Positions 39,872 to 50,285 of a DNA stretch of 64,000 nt are shown here, in pieces; position 1 is the stretch's first letter; the number at the start of each line of letters is the position of its first letter. Source of the stretch: Leptospiraceae bacterium (lineage in GTDB: Bacteria > Spirochaetota > Leptospiria > Leptospirales > Leptonemataceae). Location of the stretch: the NCBI GenBank assembly GCA_040217195.1, contig JAVJNR010000003.1, positions 352,001 to 416,000 of the forward strand. Direction: 5' to 3'. The notes under the pieces are model-generated. The model was not told the DNA's origin. It was given only the letters and a program-made list of their open reading frames with translations, and searched no databases. Made by a program: the position numbers and the translations under genes.

Positions 39872-40899
39872 GCCTTAACCTCAAACACCTTCCTGTTTTC
39901 TTCCACCCATTTAATGAGCTTTTCGACTCCCTGTCGAGGCTTGACTTTCGGATCAAAGCCAAACTTCTTTGCTTCCGTTATATCACAGATAAAATACCGC
40001 ATATCACCTGGACGCTCTGTTTCAATGCTAACTTCGATTTTCTTTCCCAGAATCTCACCAATCATGGAAATACATTCCAGAAGTGAGATCTTATGTTCCG
40101 GTCCGCCACCAATGTTATACACACCTGGACGAGGATCGGTGTAGAATTTGAGGTAACTGTCTGCACCGTCCGCAGCAAAAAGAATGTCTCTAGCCTGCTT
40201 GCCGGTTCCGAAGATTCGAATCGGGAGTCCAAACACGGCCCTGATTACAAAATTGGCCACCCAGCCATGGTCCTCCCCTCCAAATTGACGGGGACCATAG
40301 ATTCCGGTGAAACGAAAGCTTGCAGATTTAATATCATACATGTCATGGAAGGACCGAACATAGTGCTCGGCGCTCATCTTGGATGCATGAAGAGGGCTTA
40401 TTTCACCCACCATTACAGGCTGACTTTCCGGGATGGCCACAGGTTCACGAACGTAGCTGGTCTCGGACTCAGTTAGAGAATCATTGATTGAATTACCGTA
40501 TACGTGGATGGAGCTGGTATTTACTACAGGTATGTTGTGCCCCCGGGCTGCCTGCATTACATTAAAAGTGCCGGTGACATTTGTAGTGAAGTCGTGCTCC
40601 GGGTCTTCCCAGGAAATGGTCATGGCTGGTTGAGCCGCTGTATGCACGAGGTAATCAACACCGGTACTGCGATCCATTAAATGCTCAAGGTTTCGAATAT
40701 CACCTTTGACCATTTCCACTCCAAGACCTTTAAGAAAGTCCCAGTTGAAATCCCGGGTGGCTTCCGTGCCATAACCCGTACGCTTTAGTTCGTATTTGGT
40801 CATGTTGTCGTAGCTAACGACTTCCCAGCCTTCTTTTCTAAAATGCTCACATACATGGGATCCCAGAAATCCGCATCCGCCAGTTACCAGTACTTTCAT
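39868..40899 (-). CDS. NAD-dependent nucleotide-sugar epimerase/dehydratase (RfbE-like)
   Basis: TGGCGFLG, YGPRQFGGEDHGWV, GTGKQARD, RPGD. Catalytic YxxxK appears as HASK (L-H-A-S-K). Confidence 0.9.
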   Translation of the reverse strand: MKVLVTGGCGFLGSHVCEHFRKEGWEVVSYDNMTKYELKRTGYGTEATRDFNWDFLKGLGVEMVKGDIRNLEHLMDRSTGVDYLVHTAAQPAMTISWEDPEHDFTTNVTGTFNVMQAARGHNIPVVNTSSIHVYGNSINDSLTESETSYVREPVAIPESQPVMVGEISPLHASKMSAEHYVRSFHDMYDIKSASFRFTGIYGPRQFGGEDHGWVANFVIRAVFGLPIRIFGTGKQARDILFAADGADSYLKFYTDPRPGVYNIGGGPEHKISLLECISMIGEILGKKIEVSIETERPGDMRYFICDITEAKKFGFDPKVKPRQGVEKLIKWVEENRKVFEVKA

Positions 40900-41036
40900 T
40901 TTATCCTCTTTTCGGTGAAGGATTGAAAATGCCTTTCACCATCCAATCTGTATTGAGAATAGATCGAATCAGTGCCAACCTATCTCTAATTTAAGTGTAT
41001 AGAACGATTGATGCTCTGGTGCTTTCTCCGTCAAGC

Positions 41037-42488
41037 TCAGTGAATCTTACCAAACTTCTTTTTGAGCAGCATTCCGCTCAGCCTCATTAGATCACCAATG
41101 GAGCGAATATCACCCGCAGCCTGATCTTTCACTGGCTTGAAAAAGGTTACCGGAACTTCAATGCAGCGATAAAGGGAACGAACAATTTCAGTCATCATTT
41201 CTGCAATATAAAGTGAGCCTTCCTGCTGAAGCCTTGGACGAATCTTTAGAAAGGTATCCTTCCAGAGGCAGAAGTATCTACAGCTCGCATCGGTAAACCT
41301 GGGCTCCATACCCCAGTAGAAGACTTCGATCATCTTTCCGGCCAGCAGATTCAGAATTCTTCGAATGGTCTTCAGGTTCGCTCCCTGCTCGATCATCTGC
41401 CTTGTGGTTCTTGTTCCGATGGCCATATCGCAGTCTTTCATGTATTCCAGAAGCTTGGGTAGATCCTTGCATCGAAATGTTCCATCGGCAGAAACTACGA
41501 TGCATATATCTCCTCTGGCAGCTTCCATTCCTGCCATTACCATGGATCCTTCTTGCTTGCGGGGCCCATTAAAATGCACTACATGGGCTCCATGAGATGT
41601 GGCAATTTCTCTAGTCCTGTCATCTGAACCCGCATCCACTACTATAATTTCGTCCACGGAATGCTTGAAATCATTTAAGACATCATCTATGGATTGCTCT
41701 CGATTTGCAGCAGGGATAATTAGACTCTTCTTGAATCGATGGAAGCGTTCGTTTCGAATTTCGTACACTGCATGGTGATAATCCTGCAGCGAGTTGATAT
41801 TGAAATATCCACATTGCACCATGGTGGCATAAACTTCATGGGTTTCTCTGGCCATCCGATCGATAACCTCTGTGATCTCAATGACGCCGGTGCGATCAGA
41901 AGGAGGAGTCTTGCGAAATGTATCAAAGTAGGCTTGAGTAAAAAGGTACGTACCCAGGCCCAGCAACCGATTCGCCGGATTTTCCGGCTTCTCTACTAGC
42001 TGAAGTACCCGATCCTTTTCCAGTTCTACCGAATAGTTTTTTTTAATATGGGAAACTAGAGGCGTTTCTTTTACGGCAACGCTGGCTGCAAGTCCTGGAT
42101 GCTTGCGCAGTGTAGCCAGGATCTTTTCATGATTGGATTCATGATAGAGCTCATCACCAAGCACGGTAACAAAGGGGCCTTCAAATTTTCCTTCCAGAGA
42201 GGCCACATCACTGGCCAGACCTTTGCGAGTCCAGAAGCTGGTTTCGATCTGCACACCCGGATACAGGGGGCGAATCCTTTCCACTTCGCCCATCACCTGC
42301 TCGGCCAGATGCCCCACAATGACGAAGATCTGCTTTACTTTGATCTTTTTGGCCAGAAGCTCAATATTCTTTTCCAGAATGCTCTTCCCATCAATTCGAA
42401 ACAATGGCTTGGGAATAAATGTAGTTCTGGGATAGGATCGAGTGCCCTTACCGGCCGCAGCAATTACACCTGTATTTACCTTTTTCAA
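41037..42488 (-). CDS. sugar-phosphate nucleotidyltransferase fused to GT2 domain
   Basis: AAGKGTR..IPKPL, LVEKP, EIT. C-terminal IIPAAN..VVDAGSDD..ADG. Confidence 0.88.
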   Translation of the reverse strand: MKKVNTGVIAAAGKGTRSYPRTTFIPKPLFRIDGKSILEKNIELLAKKIKVKQIFVIVGHLAEQVMGEVERIRPLYPGVQIETSFWTRKGLASDVASLEGKFEGPFVTVLGDELYHESNHEKILATLRKHPGLAASVAVKETPLVSHIKKNYSVELEKDRVLQLVEKPENPANRLLGLGTYLFTQAYFDTFRKTPPSDRTGVIEITEVIDRMARETHEVYATMVQCGYFNINSLQDYHHAVYEIRNERFHRFKKSLIIPAANREQSIDDVLNDFKHSVDEIIVVDAGSDDRTREIATSHGAHVVHFNGPRKQEGSMVMAGMEAARGDICIVVSADGTFRCKDLPKLLEYMKDCDMAIGTRTTRQMIEQGANLKTIRRILNLLAGKMIEVFYWGMEPRFTDASCRYFCLWKDTFLKIRPRLQQEGSLYIAEMMTEIVRSLYRCIEVPVTFFKPVKDQAAGDIRSIGDLMRLSGMLLKKKFGKIH

Positions 42489-42584
42489 GACGGCTGTTAG
42501 AATTGATTTTAATGCTTCCGGGTCAATCCAAAACGGCTTACCTGGATTCCGAACTGGCAGCTATCTATTATGGAATCTGGCGGC

Positions 42585-42968
42585 TCAGTCCCTCAGCAAA
42601 TAGTTTGCCAGGACCTGGAGCAAATACTTTTTCTGAAATGGCTTTTTGACCCGGCCGGCAAAACCGGCCTCTATTAGTTTGCTAATAAACTCAGAGCCAT
42701 CATGCGCGCTTAATGCTAGCACGGGCGGTATGGGCAGGCCTTCCCTTTTTATATTATCCTGGAGGCTTTTCATAACTGCAAAGCCATCAGATCCCATAAG
42801 CTCAATGTCCAGCAATATGAGATCAAAGGTTTCTTTCTGTAATACTTCCAGAGCCTCAGACTCAGAACCTACTGCTCGCACTTCCAGATGGCCTGCACAA
42901 AAGGTCTGGACCAGCTCACGAATAGCCTCGCTGTCATCAATCAGCAGAATAGTGCTTGCCTCTTTCAT
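42585..42968 (-). CDS. single-domain response regulator (REC)
   Basis: LIDD, LLDIEL, SAH, KKPF. Confidence 0.88.
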   Translation of the reverse strand: MKEASTILLIDDSEAIRELVQTFCAGHLEVRAVGSESEALEVLQKETFDLILLDIELMGSDGFAVMKSLQDNIKREGLPIPPVLALSAHDGSEFISKLIEAGFAGRVKKPFQKKYLLQVLANYLLRD

Positions 42969-43034
42969 GAAGTTACCTTGATCCCGGGGTCTGGTACCGA
43001 ATGCAGAAAATGAGCCAGTCATTGTCGAGATCAA

Positions 43035-44108
43035 TCATCCCAGGGAAGTCCCCAGGGCTTGAATGTCCGCCTGAAGGAGATCATGGCTAGATTTCATTTT
43101 CAAGGATTCAAGGTCCATAGTGTATATATCCAGAGCATCGGCTTTACCAGCAGGCTTGTATTTTCCCACTCTTCGAATTGCGGGCAATCCGGCTACGGGA
43201 TTTTCCCGGGCGGATTGCAGCGTGGCAGAATCGAAAATTAAGAACCAGCCGGCTTTTCGCGTCACTCCTTCCAGACGTGCAGCCGTATTCACTGTATCGC
43301 CTAGAAGAGTGTAGTCCATATAAAAGGATGAACCGATGTTTCCTTCCAGAACTCTACCTGTGGCAAGTCCAACACCTGCAAATAGCAGTCGCAGAGGATT
43401 ATCTGCCTCCGGGGACTTGCTTCGCAATTGCTGTAAAGCATCCAGAAGCTTAGCCGATGCCTGCAGCGCATTCCCGGCATTCGCACCGGGCCAGTAAGCC
43501 ATAATTCCATCTCCGGTTAACTTGGAAATGATACCTCCGTGCTCCTGGATGGCGCTCAGGCAGCTATCGTAAAACCGATGTAGGACCATGGTGGCTGCTT
43601 CCACCGGCCAGCTTTCAAAGATGCTGGTAGAGCGAAATAGATCCACGAACATCACAGTTCTGTCCTGATAACTGGCAGGTATCTCCTCCGGATTTCCACC
43701 GGATTCAATCTCCTGGAGAACTCGCCGGGGAGTGTAGCGTTCCAGAGTGCGATGAGTACCGGCCAGACTGGCAAGGAGGTTACGAATGGGCCGCATCAGA
43801 GGGTCTGTAGACTCATCGAGAATTACAGTTCGCATTTCCCATTCGCTGTACTTTCGTCGATCTATATCGGATTCAACCTGAAGTATAAACACCTTACTGT
43901 GCCGATCATCCTTTTCGATCCTGGAGAAACAGCGATCCACGGTTTCTGCTTCGCCTTCAAGAATCTGATAGAAAATATTCCTGAAGCAAAACAGGGCACC
44001 GGTCAATCCATCTCGCTTATTATTCCTTATAGAAACTTCACTAATTGAATCCAGGTCATCAAGGCTGAGGGGTCGGCTGAAGTTGGAAATGTATGTGATT
44101 CGCTTCAT
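43035..44108 (-). CDS. photoactivated adenylyl cyclase (BLUF + class III cyclase)
   Basis: BLUF Y-x-S, RNN, TG-x-L, Q-ILEG, DDRH, W-x-M. Cyclase FVDL, K-x-x-GD, D-Y-T-LLGDTVN-x-AARLE. Co-linear with bPAC-type proteins. Confidence 0.95.
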   Translation of the reverse strand: MKRITYISNFSRPLSLDDLDSISEVSIRNNKRDGLTGALFCFRNIFYQILEGEAETVDRCFSRIEKDDRHSKVFILQVESDIDRRKYSEWEMRTVILDESTDPLMRPIRNLLASLAGTHRTLERYTPRRVLQEIESGGNPEEIPASYQDRTVMFVDLFRSTSIFESWPVEAATMVLHRFYDSCLSAIQEHGGIISKLTGDGIMAYWPGANAGNALQASAKLLDALQQLRSKSPEADNPLRLLFAGVGLATGRVLEGNIGSSFYMDYTLLGDTVNTAARLEGVTRKAGWFLIFDSATLQSARENPVAGLPAIRRVGKYKPAGKADALDIYTMDLESLKMKSSHDLLQADIQALGTSLG

Positions 44109-44275
44109 TTTTCCAGATTCTAGAAATGCCACGGAGAGTCAATCTCCCGATCTGGAGGGTGTTCCGCCCTACACATAGAATCAGCGCAATCCGGTGGTCC
44201 GGGAAATAGGCTGACAAGAAATTATACAGGCTGAGAGTTGCGAAGTTTTCACCTGTTCTGGCCGAGAAAGCATTC

Positions 44276-45490
44276 ATGAATCGCACCAATAGATTTCAAA
44301 AAACCACCGCCCTCCTCCTACTTGGCATTCTAACCCAATCTTCTCAGATTTCTTGCCTGAAGCCTGTTTGCGATGAACGCGACCCAAATTGTAATGTCTG
44401 GGCCTGGCTCTATGTAATTCCACCTAGATGCTTTGACGCTGCAGTGGCAAATACAACGGGAGTAGCGGACTATATCTATTTAAATGACGGACAAGGTAAT
44501 TTCGCCACCAGGGTCCTTTTCAGTGGTGATGGCTTCAATGGAACCGGAATCGCAAGCGAAGATATTGATGGAAATGGATTCGCGGATTTGTTTGTGGCCA
44601 ATGGAACCGCCGGAATAAACCGGTACTATCTCAACAAATCCAACGCATCTGGATTTTTTGATGGTTTCAATGCGGCCAGCGACACAGATAATTCCACCGC
44701 TGCCACTCTGGCTGACTTCAATGGCGATGGCTGGGTGGATGCTCTGGTGGTCAACTCCGGCGGAGTACCTCCGCGACTCTATTTGAACGATGGATTTGGC
44801 GGCTATCCGGCGGGTTTCAATGCCGGTACCGATACCCTCCCGGCCACAGGCGTAGACTCGGGAGATCTTGATGGAGATGGGGACATCGATGCATTTGTCA
44901 CAAACACAACAGGCAATGTTAATCGGGTATATTTGAACGATGGTCTGGGCAATTTCTCACTCAGTGACGCCTCCTCGCCAGATACAAATAACAGTCGTGA
45001 TATAGTGCTGGGTGATCTGGATGGCGATGGAGATCTGGATGCCTTCGTTGTAAACGATGCAGGTCCAACAAGCAAGATATACGTAAACGCAGGGAATGGA
45101 ACGTTTTCAGTCCAGAACGCCGGCCCAGATGTTAGCACTCACCTGGGCTTAGATCTGGGCGATCTGGATGGCGACGGGGATCTGGATGCATTTGCAGTCT
45201 CCAATGCTGGGCCGGTCCTAATCTTTAGAAATGAGGGAGGACTTATTTTCACCGAAATAAACCCCACTACAGATGCCGATACCGGATCAGATATAGCCCT
45301 GGGAGACCTGGATGGGGACGGAGATCTGGATGCATTCGCTGCGAACGACGCCGGGGGACAGGCCAATCGAGTCTATATCAACGATGGATCGGGTCAGTTC
45401 CTTTCGCGGGTGGCCAGTGTCGATGCCAATCCAAGCTCGGACGTTGTATTAACCGAGTTTCATGGACCAGGCTGTCAGAACATTCAGTAA
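44276..45490 (+). CDS. FG-GAP/VCBS repeat lipoprotein
   Basis: Repeated GDLDGDGDLDAF..N..YxNDG units; signal ending ISC. Confidence 0.9.
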   Translation: MNRTNRFQKTTALLLLGILTQSSQISCLKPVCDERDPNCNVWAWLYVIPPRCFDAAVANTTGVADYIYLNDGQGNFATRVLFSGDGFNGTGIASEDIDGNGFADLFVANGTAGINRYYLNKSNASGFFDGFNAASDTDNSTAATLADFNGDGWVDALVVNSGGVPPRLYLNDGFGGYPAGFNAGTDTLPATGVDSGDLDGDGDIDAFVTNTTGNVNRVYLNDGLGNFSLSDASSPDTNNSRDIVLGDLDGDGDLDAFVVNDAGPTSKIYVNAGNGTFSVQNAGPDVSTHLGLDLGDLDGDGDLDAFAVSNAGPVLIFRNEGGLIFTEINPTTDADTGSDIALGDLDGDGDLDAFAANDAGGQANRVYINDGSGQFLSRVASVDANPSSDVVLTEFHGPGCQNIQ

Positions 45491-45548
45491 TTTCAGAATT
45501 ATAGGTTATATTGTGGAAGCAATGCCAGGACAGTCCAGGCGAACCCAA

Positions 45549-45577
45549 TAAAAAAGGCGCGATCGAAACCGCGCCTT
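45549..45577 (-). terminator. rho-independent terminator of groESL
   Basis: Minus strand AAGGCGCG-GTTTCGAT-CGCGCCTT-TTTT, about 105 bp after the groEL stop. Confidence 0.8.
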
Positions 45578-45681
45578 AATAGTGCCGTTACCTTGATTTC
45601 TCAGAACCTCTGAGCCCTGAGGCCCGAGCAGCTGAGTCGGGCCCCTGATCGGGGCCCTCGGCAACAGAGAATGGGGGAAAA

Positions 45682-47609
<1,928 letters not shown>

Positions 47610-47633
47610 AGTCGTTTTCCTCCTGAAAAACCA

Positions 47634-47660
47634 TTAGCAGTTGATAAAATAGTCTGCTAA
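47634..47660. promoter_or_regulatory. CIRCE (HrcA operator), variant
   Basis: TTAGCAGTT-N9-GTCTGCTAA versus consensus TTAGCACTC-N9-GAGTGCTAA, 24 bp upstream of groES. Confidence 0.85.
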
Positions 47661-47715
47661 TCGATTCGCTAAATAAAGGCAACTAAGCAGGCTGACAAGC
47701 ATTTTTCGCAAATTT

Positions 47716-47742
47716 TTAGCAGAAGACCCTATCGACTGCCAG
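47716..47742. promoter_or_regulatory. second, degenerate CIRCE
   Basis: TTAGCAGAA-N9-GACTGCCAG with the same 9-9-9 geometry. Confidence 0.6.
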
Positions 47743-47777
47743 AATTGGCCAGGAGCCGCGGAATGCGACATCTGGAT

Positions 47778-47954
47778 GGATTATGTCACATTTTGGGGGG
47801 TAAACACGCGGTATTATGTCTCATTAGACCCCTCCGGCGGGCCGGATTATGTCTCATATCGGAGGTTTTCCCCCTGGATTCTCTCTCATATCGGTTCTGC
47901 CTGGTGCTGTATGATGTCAAATTCGGCTCTAACCCAGGCTAGATTCTCTCAGAT
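47778..47954. repeat. phased array of six 14-bp motifs (consensus GGATTATGTCTCAT) with unique 18-19 bp spacers
   Basis: Copies start at 47778, 47811, 47844, 47876, 47909 and 47941 (period 33, 33, 32, 33, 32). Confidence 0.85.
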
Positions 47955-48573
47955 GCCGGTTTTGTAGTAAGCTAGAGGCTGGCGCAGGCCAACGGGCGGA
48001 CGAAACGAGATATGGAAGACAATAACCTGCTCTGGGTTCGTAATCCCCTGCCGGATAGCTCCTTGCCAATGAATACCGATCATGCCGGAGCAATGTATAT
48101 ATGGTTAACGCACAGATTGTTTTCCGGCATCCGCGCCGTGCAAAGCCTACCGACTTGGGAAAATTCTCTGGCAGTCTTTGCCTTAACCCGCATCTAACAA
48201 GAAATGAAACGAATCCGGCAGACGCAGATGGGAAAGTGCTCGGGCCAGCTTAGAGCAAATCGGATTTCGAATATCTGAAATCAAATATCCGCCCTGGCTC
48301 CGAGCCGTAAGTTATCGCCAGGCAGGCGCACCATTTCAAATCTTCTTTTCAGACTTATATTTCATACCCTCCCTTTTTGCGAAGAACTGAATGATCCATC
48401 AAACTATTGAGGCTTCCGGTAATACTTTGAAGCGAAACGGGATTACTGCGGATTTTCACATTCATTTTCAGGCTACGAGGATTCCCATTGGCAAATGCAA
48501 AAAAGCATTGCCCGGCAATTCGCATCTTCTCAATATCTGATGGGAATTCAATAGATGCTTGAACCTACAGCTT

Positions 48574-49830
48574 ATGAAGAAATCTCTATGCATAACCCTG
48601 TCCCTGATCGGGATTTTTTCATTGATCCATCCCTGGTTGCTCGCAGCTCCTCAGACCAATCAACCAGCAGAAAGCGAAAAAGGACAAAGCGTTGGCTATC
48701 CGATCATAGATACCAACCAGAAACTCTTCTTCGACGAAGAACGAACGATCCATCCGCCGGCGATTGGTGATCCATTTTATGGACAGGATGCTTCTTTCTC
48801 CGGGTTAACACCGTCCTATACAGCTCTGGACAATGGCACGGTAAGGGACAATCATACCGGCCTGATCTGGGAAAGGAAGTATCGAGTAATGACTCAGCAA
48901 GACGCGCTGAAGGAACTGGAGCGAATCAACCAGTCCTCTCCGGGAGACTGGAGACTGCCTTCCATAAAGGAGGCCTACTCTCTCATAGATTTCAGTGGTA
49001 AGGATCCCAGCGGACCGCCACCGTTTCGCACTGACGGTGCTCGGCCATTTATCAATACTGACTTTTTCGATTTCCAATACGGGGCTAATGGAAATCGGCC
49101 CATCGATGCTCAAATGCTAACCTCTACAATTTATCGAGGTCGAACCATGGGGCACAACCGCACCGTTTTTGGAGTTAATTTCGCCGATGGCCGGATCAAA
49201 GGCTATCCAATCGTCCATCCTCGAGGAAAGATGAAATTCATGGTTCGCTTTGTGCGAGGTAATAAAGAATATGGGAAGAACGTTTTCCAGAAGAATGAAG
49301 ACGGAACGATTACAGACCACGCCACGGGACTGATGTGGTCTCAGAGGGATAGCGGCACCGGTATGACCTGGAAGCAGGCCTTGCACTATGCGCAGGAAAT
49401 GAATCAGAAGAACTACCTGGGATATTCGGATTGGAGATTACCCGACGCGAAGGAACTTCACAGTATTGTAGACTATACCCGGTCACCACAGATGGATGAA
49501 TCGGCGGCTATCAGTCCGATCTTCCAGATCAGCACAATTCAGGGCGAAGATGGAAAGATCCGATGGCCCGGTTTCTGGACTTCCACAACGCATCAGAATA
49601 TTAGAAACGGACGAAGCGCAGTGTACATTTCCTTTGGCGAAGCGCTTGGTTATTTCGCTCCGCCGCACTCTGGCAGACCGCCCAGACTGATGGATGTTCA
49701 TGGAGCCGGAGCTCAAAGAAGCGATCCCAAGCAAGGTAATGCCCGGGACTATCCCAGAGGCCAGGGTCCTCAAGGAGATGTCATTCGTATCAATAACTAC
49801 GTTAGACTCGTCCGAAATGTAGATACCTGA
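48574..49830 (+). CDS. exported DUF1566 (Lcl-type) domain protein, two domains
   Basis: Signal peptide; GTVRDNHTGLIW..DWRLPSIKE and GTITDHATGLMW..DWRLPDAKEL; ends NYVRLVR. Confidence 0.9.
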   Translation: MKKSLCITLSLIGIFSLIHPWLLAAPQTNQPAESEKGQSVGYPIIDTNQKLFFDEERTIHPPAIGDPFYGQDASFSGLTPSYTALDNGTVRDNHTGLIWERKYRVMTQQDALKELERINQSSPGDWRLPSIKEAYSLIDFSGKDPSGPPPFRTDGARPFINTDFFDFQYGANGNRPIDAQMLTSTIYRGRTMGHNRTVFGVNFADGRIKGYPIVHPRGKMKFMVRFVRGNKEYGKNVFQKNEDGTITDHATGLMWSQRDSGTGMTWKQALHYAQEMNQKNYLGYSDWRLPDAKELHSIVDYTRSPQMDESAAISPIFQISTIQGEDGKIRWPGFWTSTTHQNIRNGRSAVYISFGEALGYFAPPHSGRPPRLMDVHGAGAQRSDPKQGNARDYPRGQGPQGDVIRINNYVRLVRNVDT

Positions 49831-49853
49831 TAGAACTGGATAGATCTACTAGC

Positions 49854-50201
49854 TCACTCACCGTCGCATTCGCAGATTTCTACCACATCCTCTACTGTGC
49901 GTAGCATGTTCCGAAATGAGTCGATGAATGCTTTTCCATTCAGTTCGTAGTAGACCCATCGTTCCTCTTTTTTGCGCAATAGTAATCCGGCATCATACAG
50001 AACCTTTAAATGACGAGAAACTACAGTAGCATGCTGTGGCAATTGACCGGCCAGGGTCTTAACATCCGAACGCCCCAGAAGAGCCAATTGCTTGATAAGC
50101 TCCACTCGAACTGGCTCGGATAGGACTCCCAGGACGGGAGAAGAAAACACTTCATCCATTCTCTGCAGCACCTCAAGACGAGGATCTTTTTTCCGGGCCA
50201 T
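49854..50201 (-). CDS. ArsR/SmtB-family transcriptional regulator
   Basis: LSEPVRVELI, VSRHLKVL..GLL, RWVYYEL; C-terminal CEC. Confidence 0.9.
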   Translation of the reverse strand: MARKKDPRLEVLQRMDEVFSSPVLGVLSEPVRVELIKQLALLGRSDVKTLAGQLPQHATVVSRHLKVLYDAGLLLRKKEERWVYYELNGKAFIDSFRNMLRTVEDVVEICECDGE

Positions 50202-50248
50202 GCTTACCATCCCGGGCCCATCCAGGTCAAAGATCAATACAATCTTAC

Positions 50249-50285
50249 TTGACCTCAATCCATATATGCATTATTGTGCACTTAT
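50249..50285 (+). promoter_or_regulatory. sigma70-like promoter overlapped by a putative ArsR operator
   Basis: TTGACC-N17-TATTGT, with imperfect inverted repeat ATATATGCA-TTATTG-TGCACTTAT over the -10. Confidence 0.6.

Noticed and set aside
43035..43037. Selenocysteine codon at the PAC stop
   Set aside because: The position is not a catalytic Cys equivalent, PAC length already matches homologs, and the downstream stem does not look like a bacterial SECIS.
44860..45340. DNA repeats GATCTGGATGGCGATGGAGATCTGGATGC
   Set aside because: They encode the FG-GAP DLDGDGDLDA repeats and vary at synonymous positions.
47781..47790. DnaA box / oriC
   Set aside because: TTATGTCACA is not TTATNCACA, the other copies diverge further, and there is no dnaA/dnaN or AT-rich unwinding element nearby.
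47778..47954. Canonical CRISPR array
   Set aside because: The repeats are only 14 bp and degenerate, the spacers are 18-19 bp, and there are no cas genes in the window. Kept as an unexplained array instead.
47776..47967. 63-aa ORF over the array
   Set aside because: The 32-bp units shift the motif between frames. There is no RBS or recognisable protein.
48574..49830. DUF1566 protein as target of a diversity-generating retroelement
   Set aside because: No reverse transcriptase, and no adenine-variant template copy of its 3' end was seen in the window.
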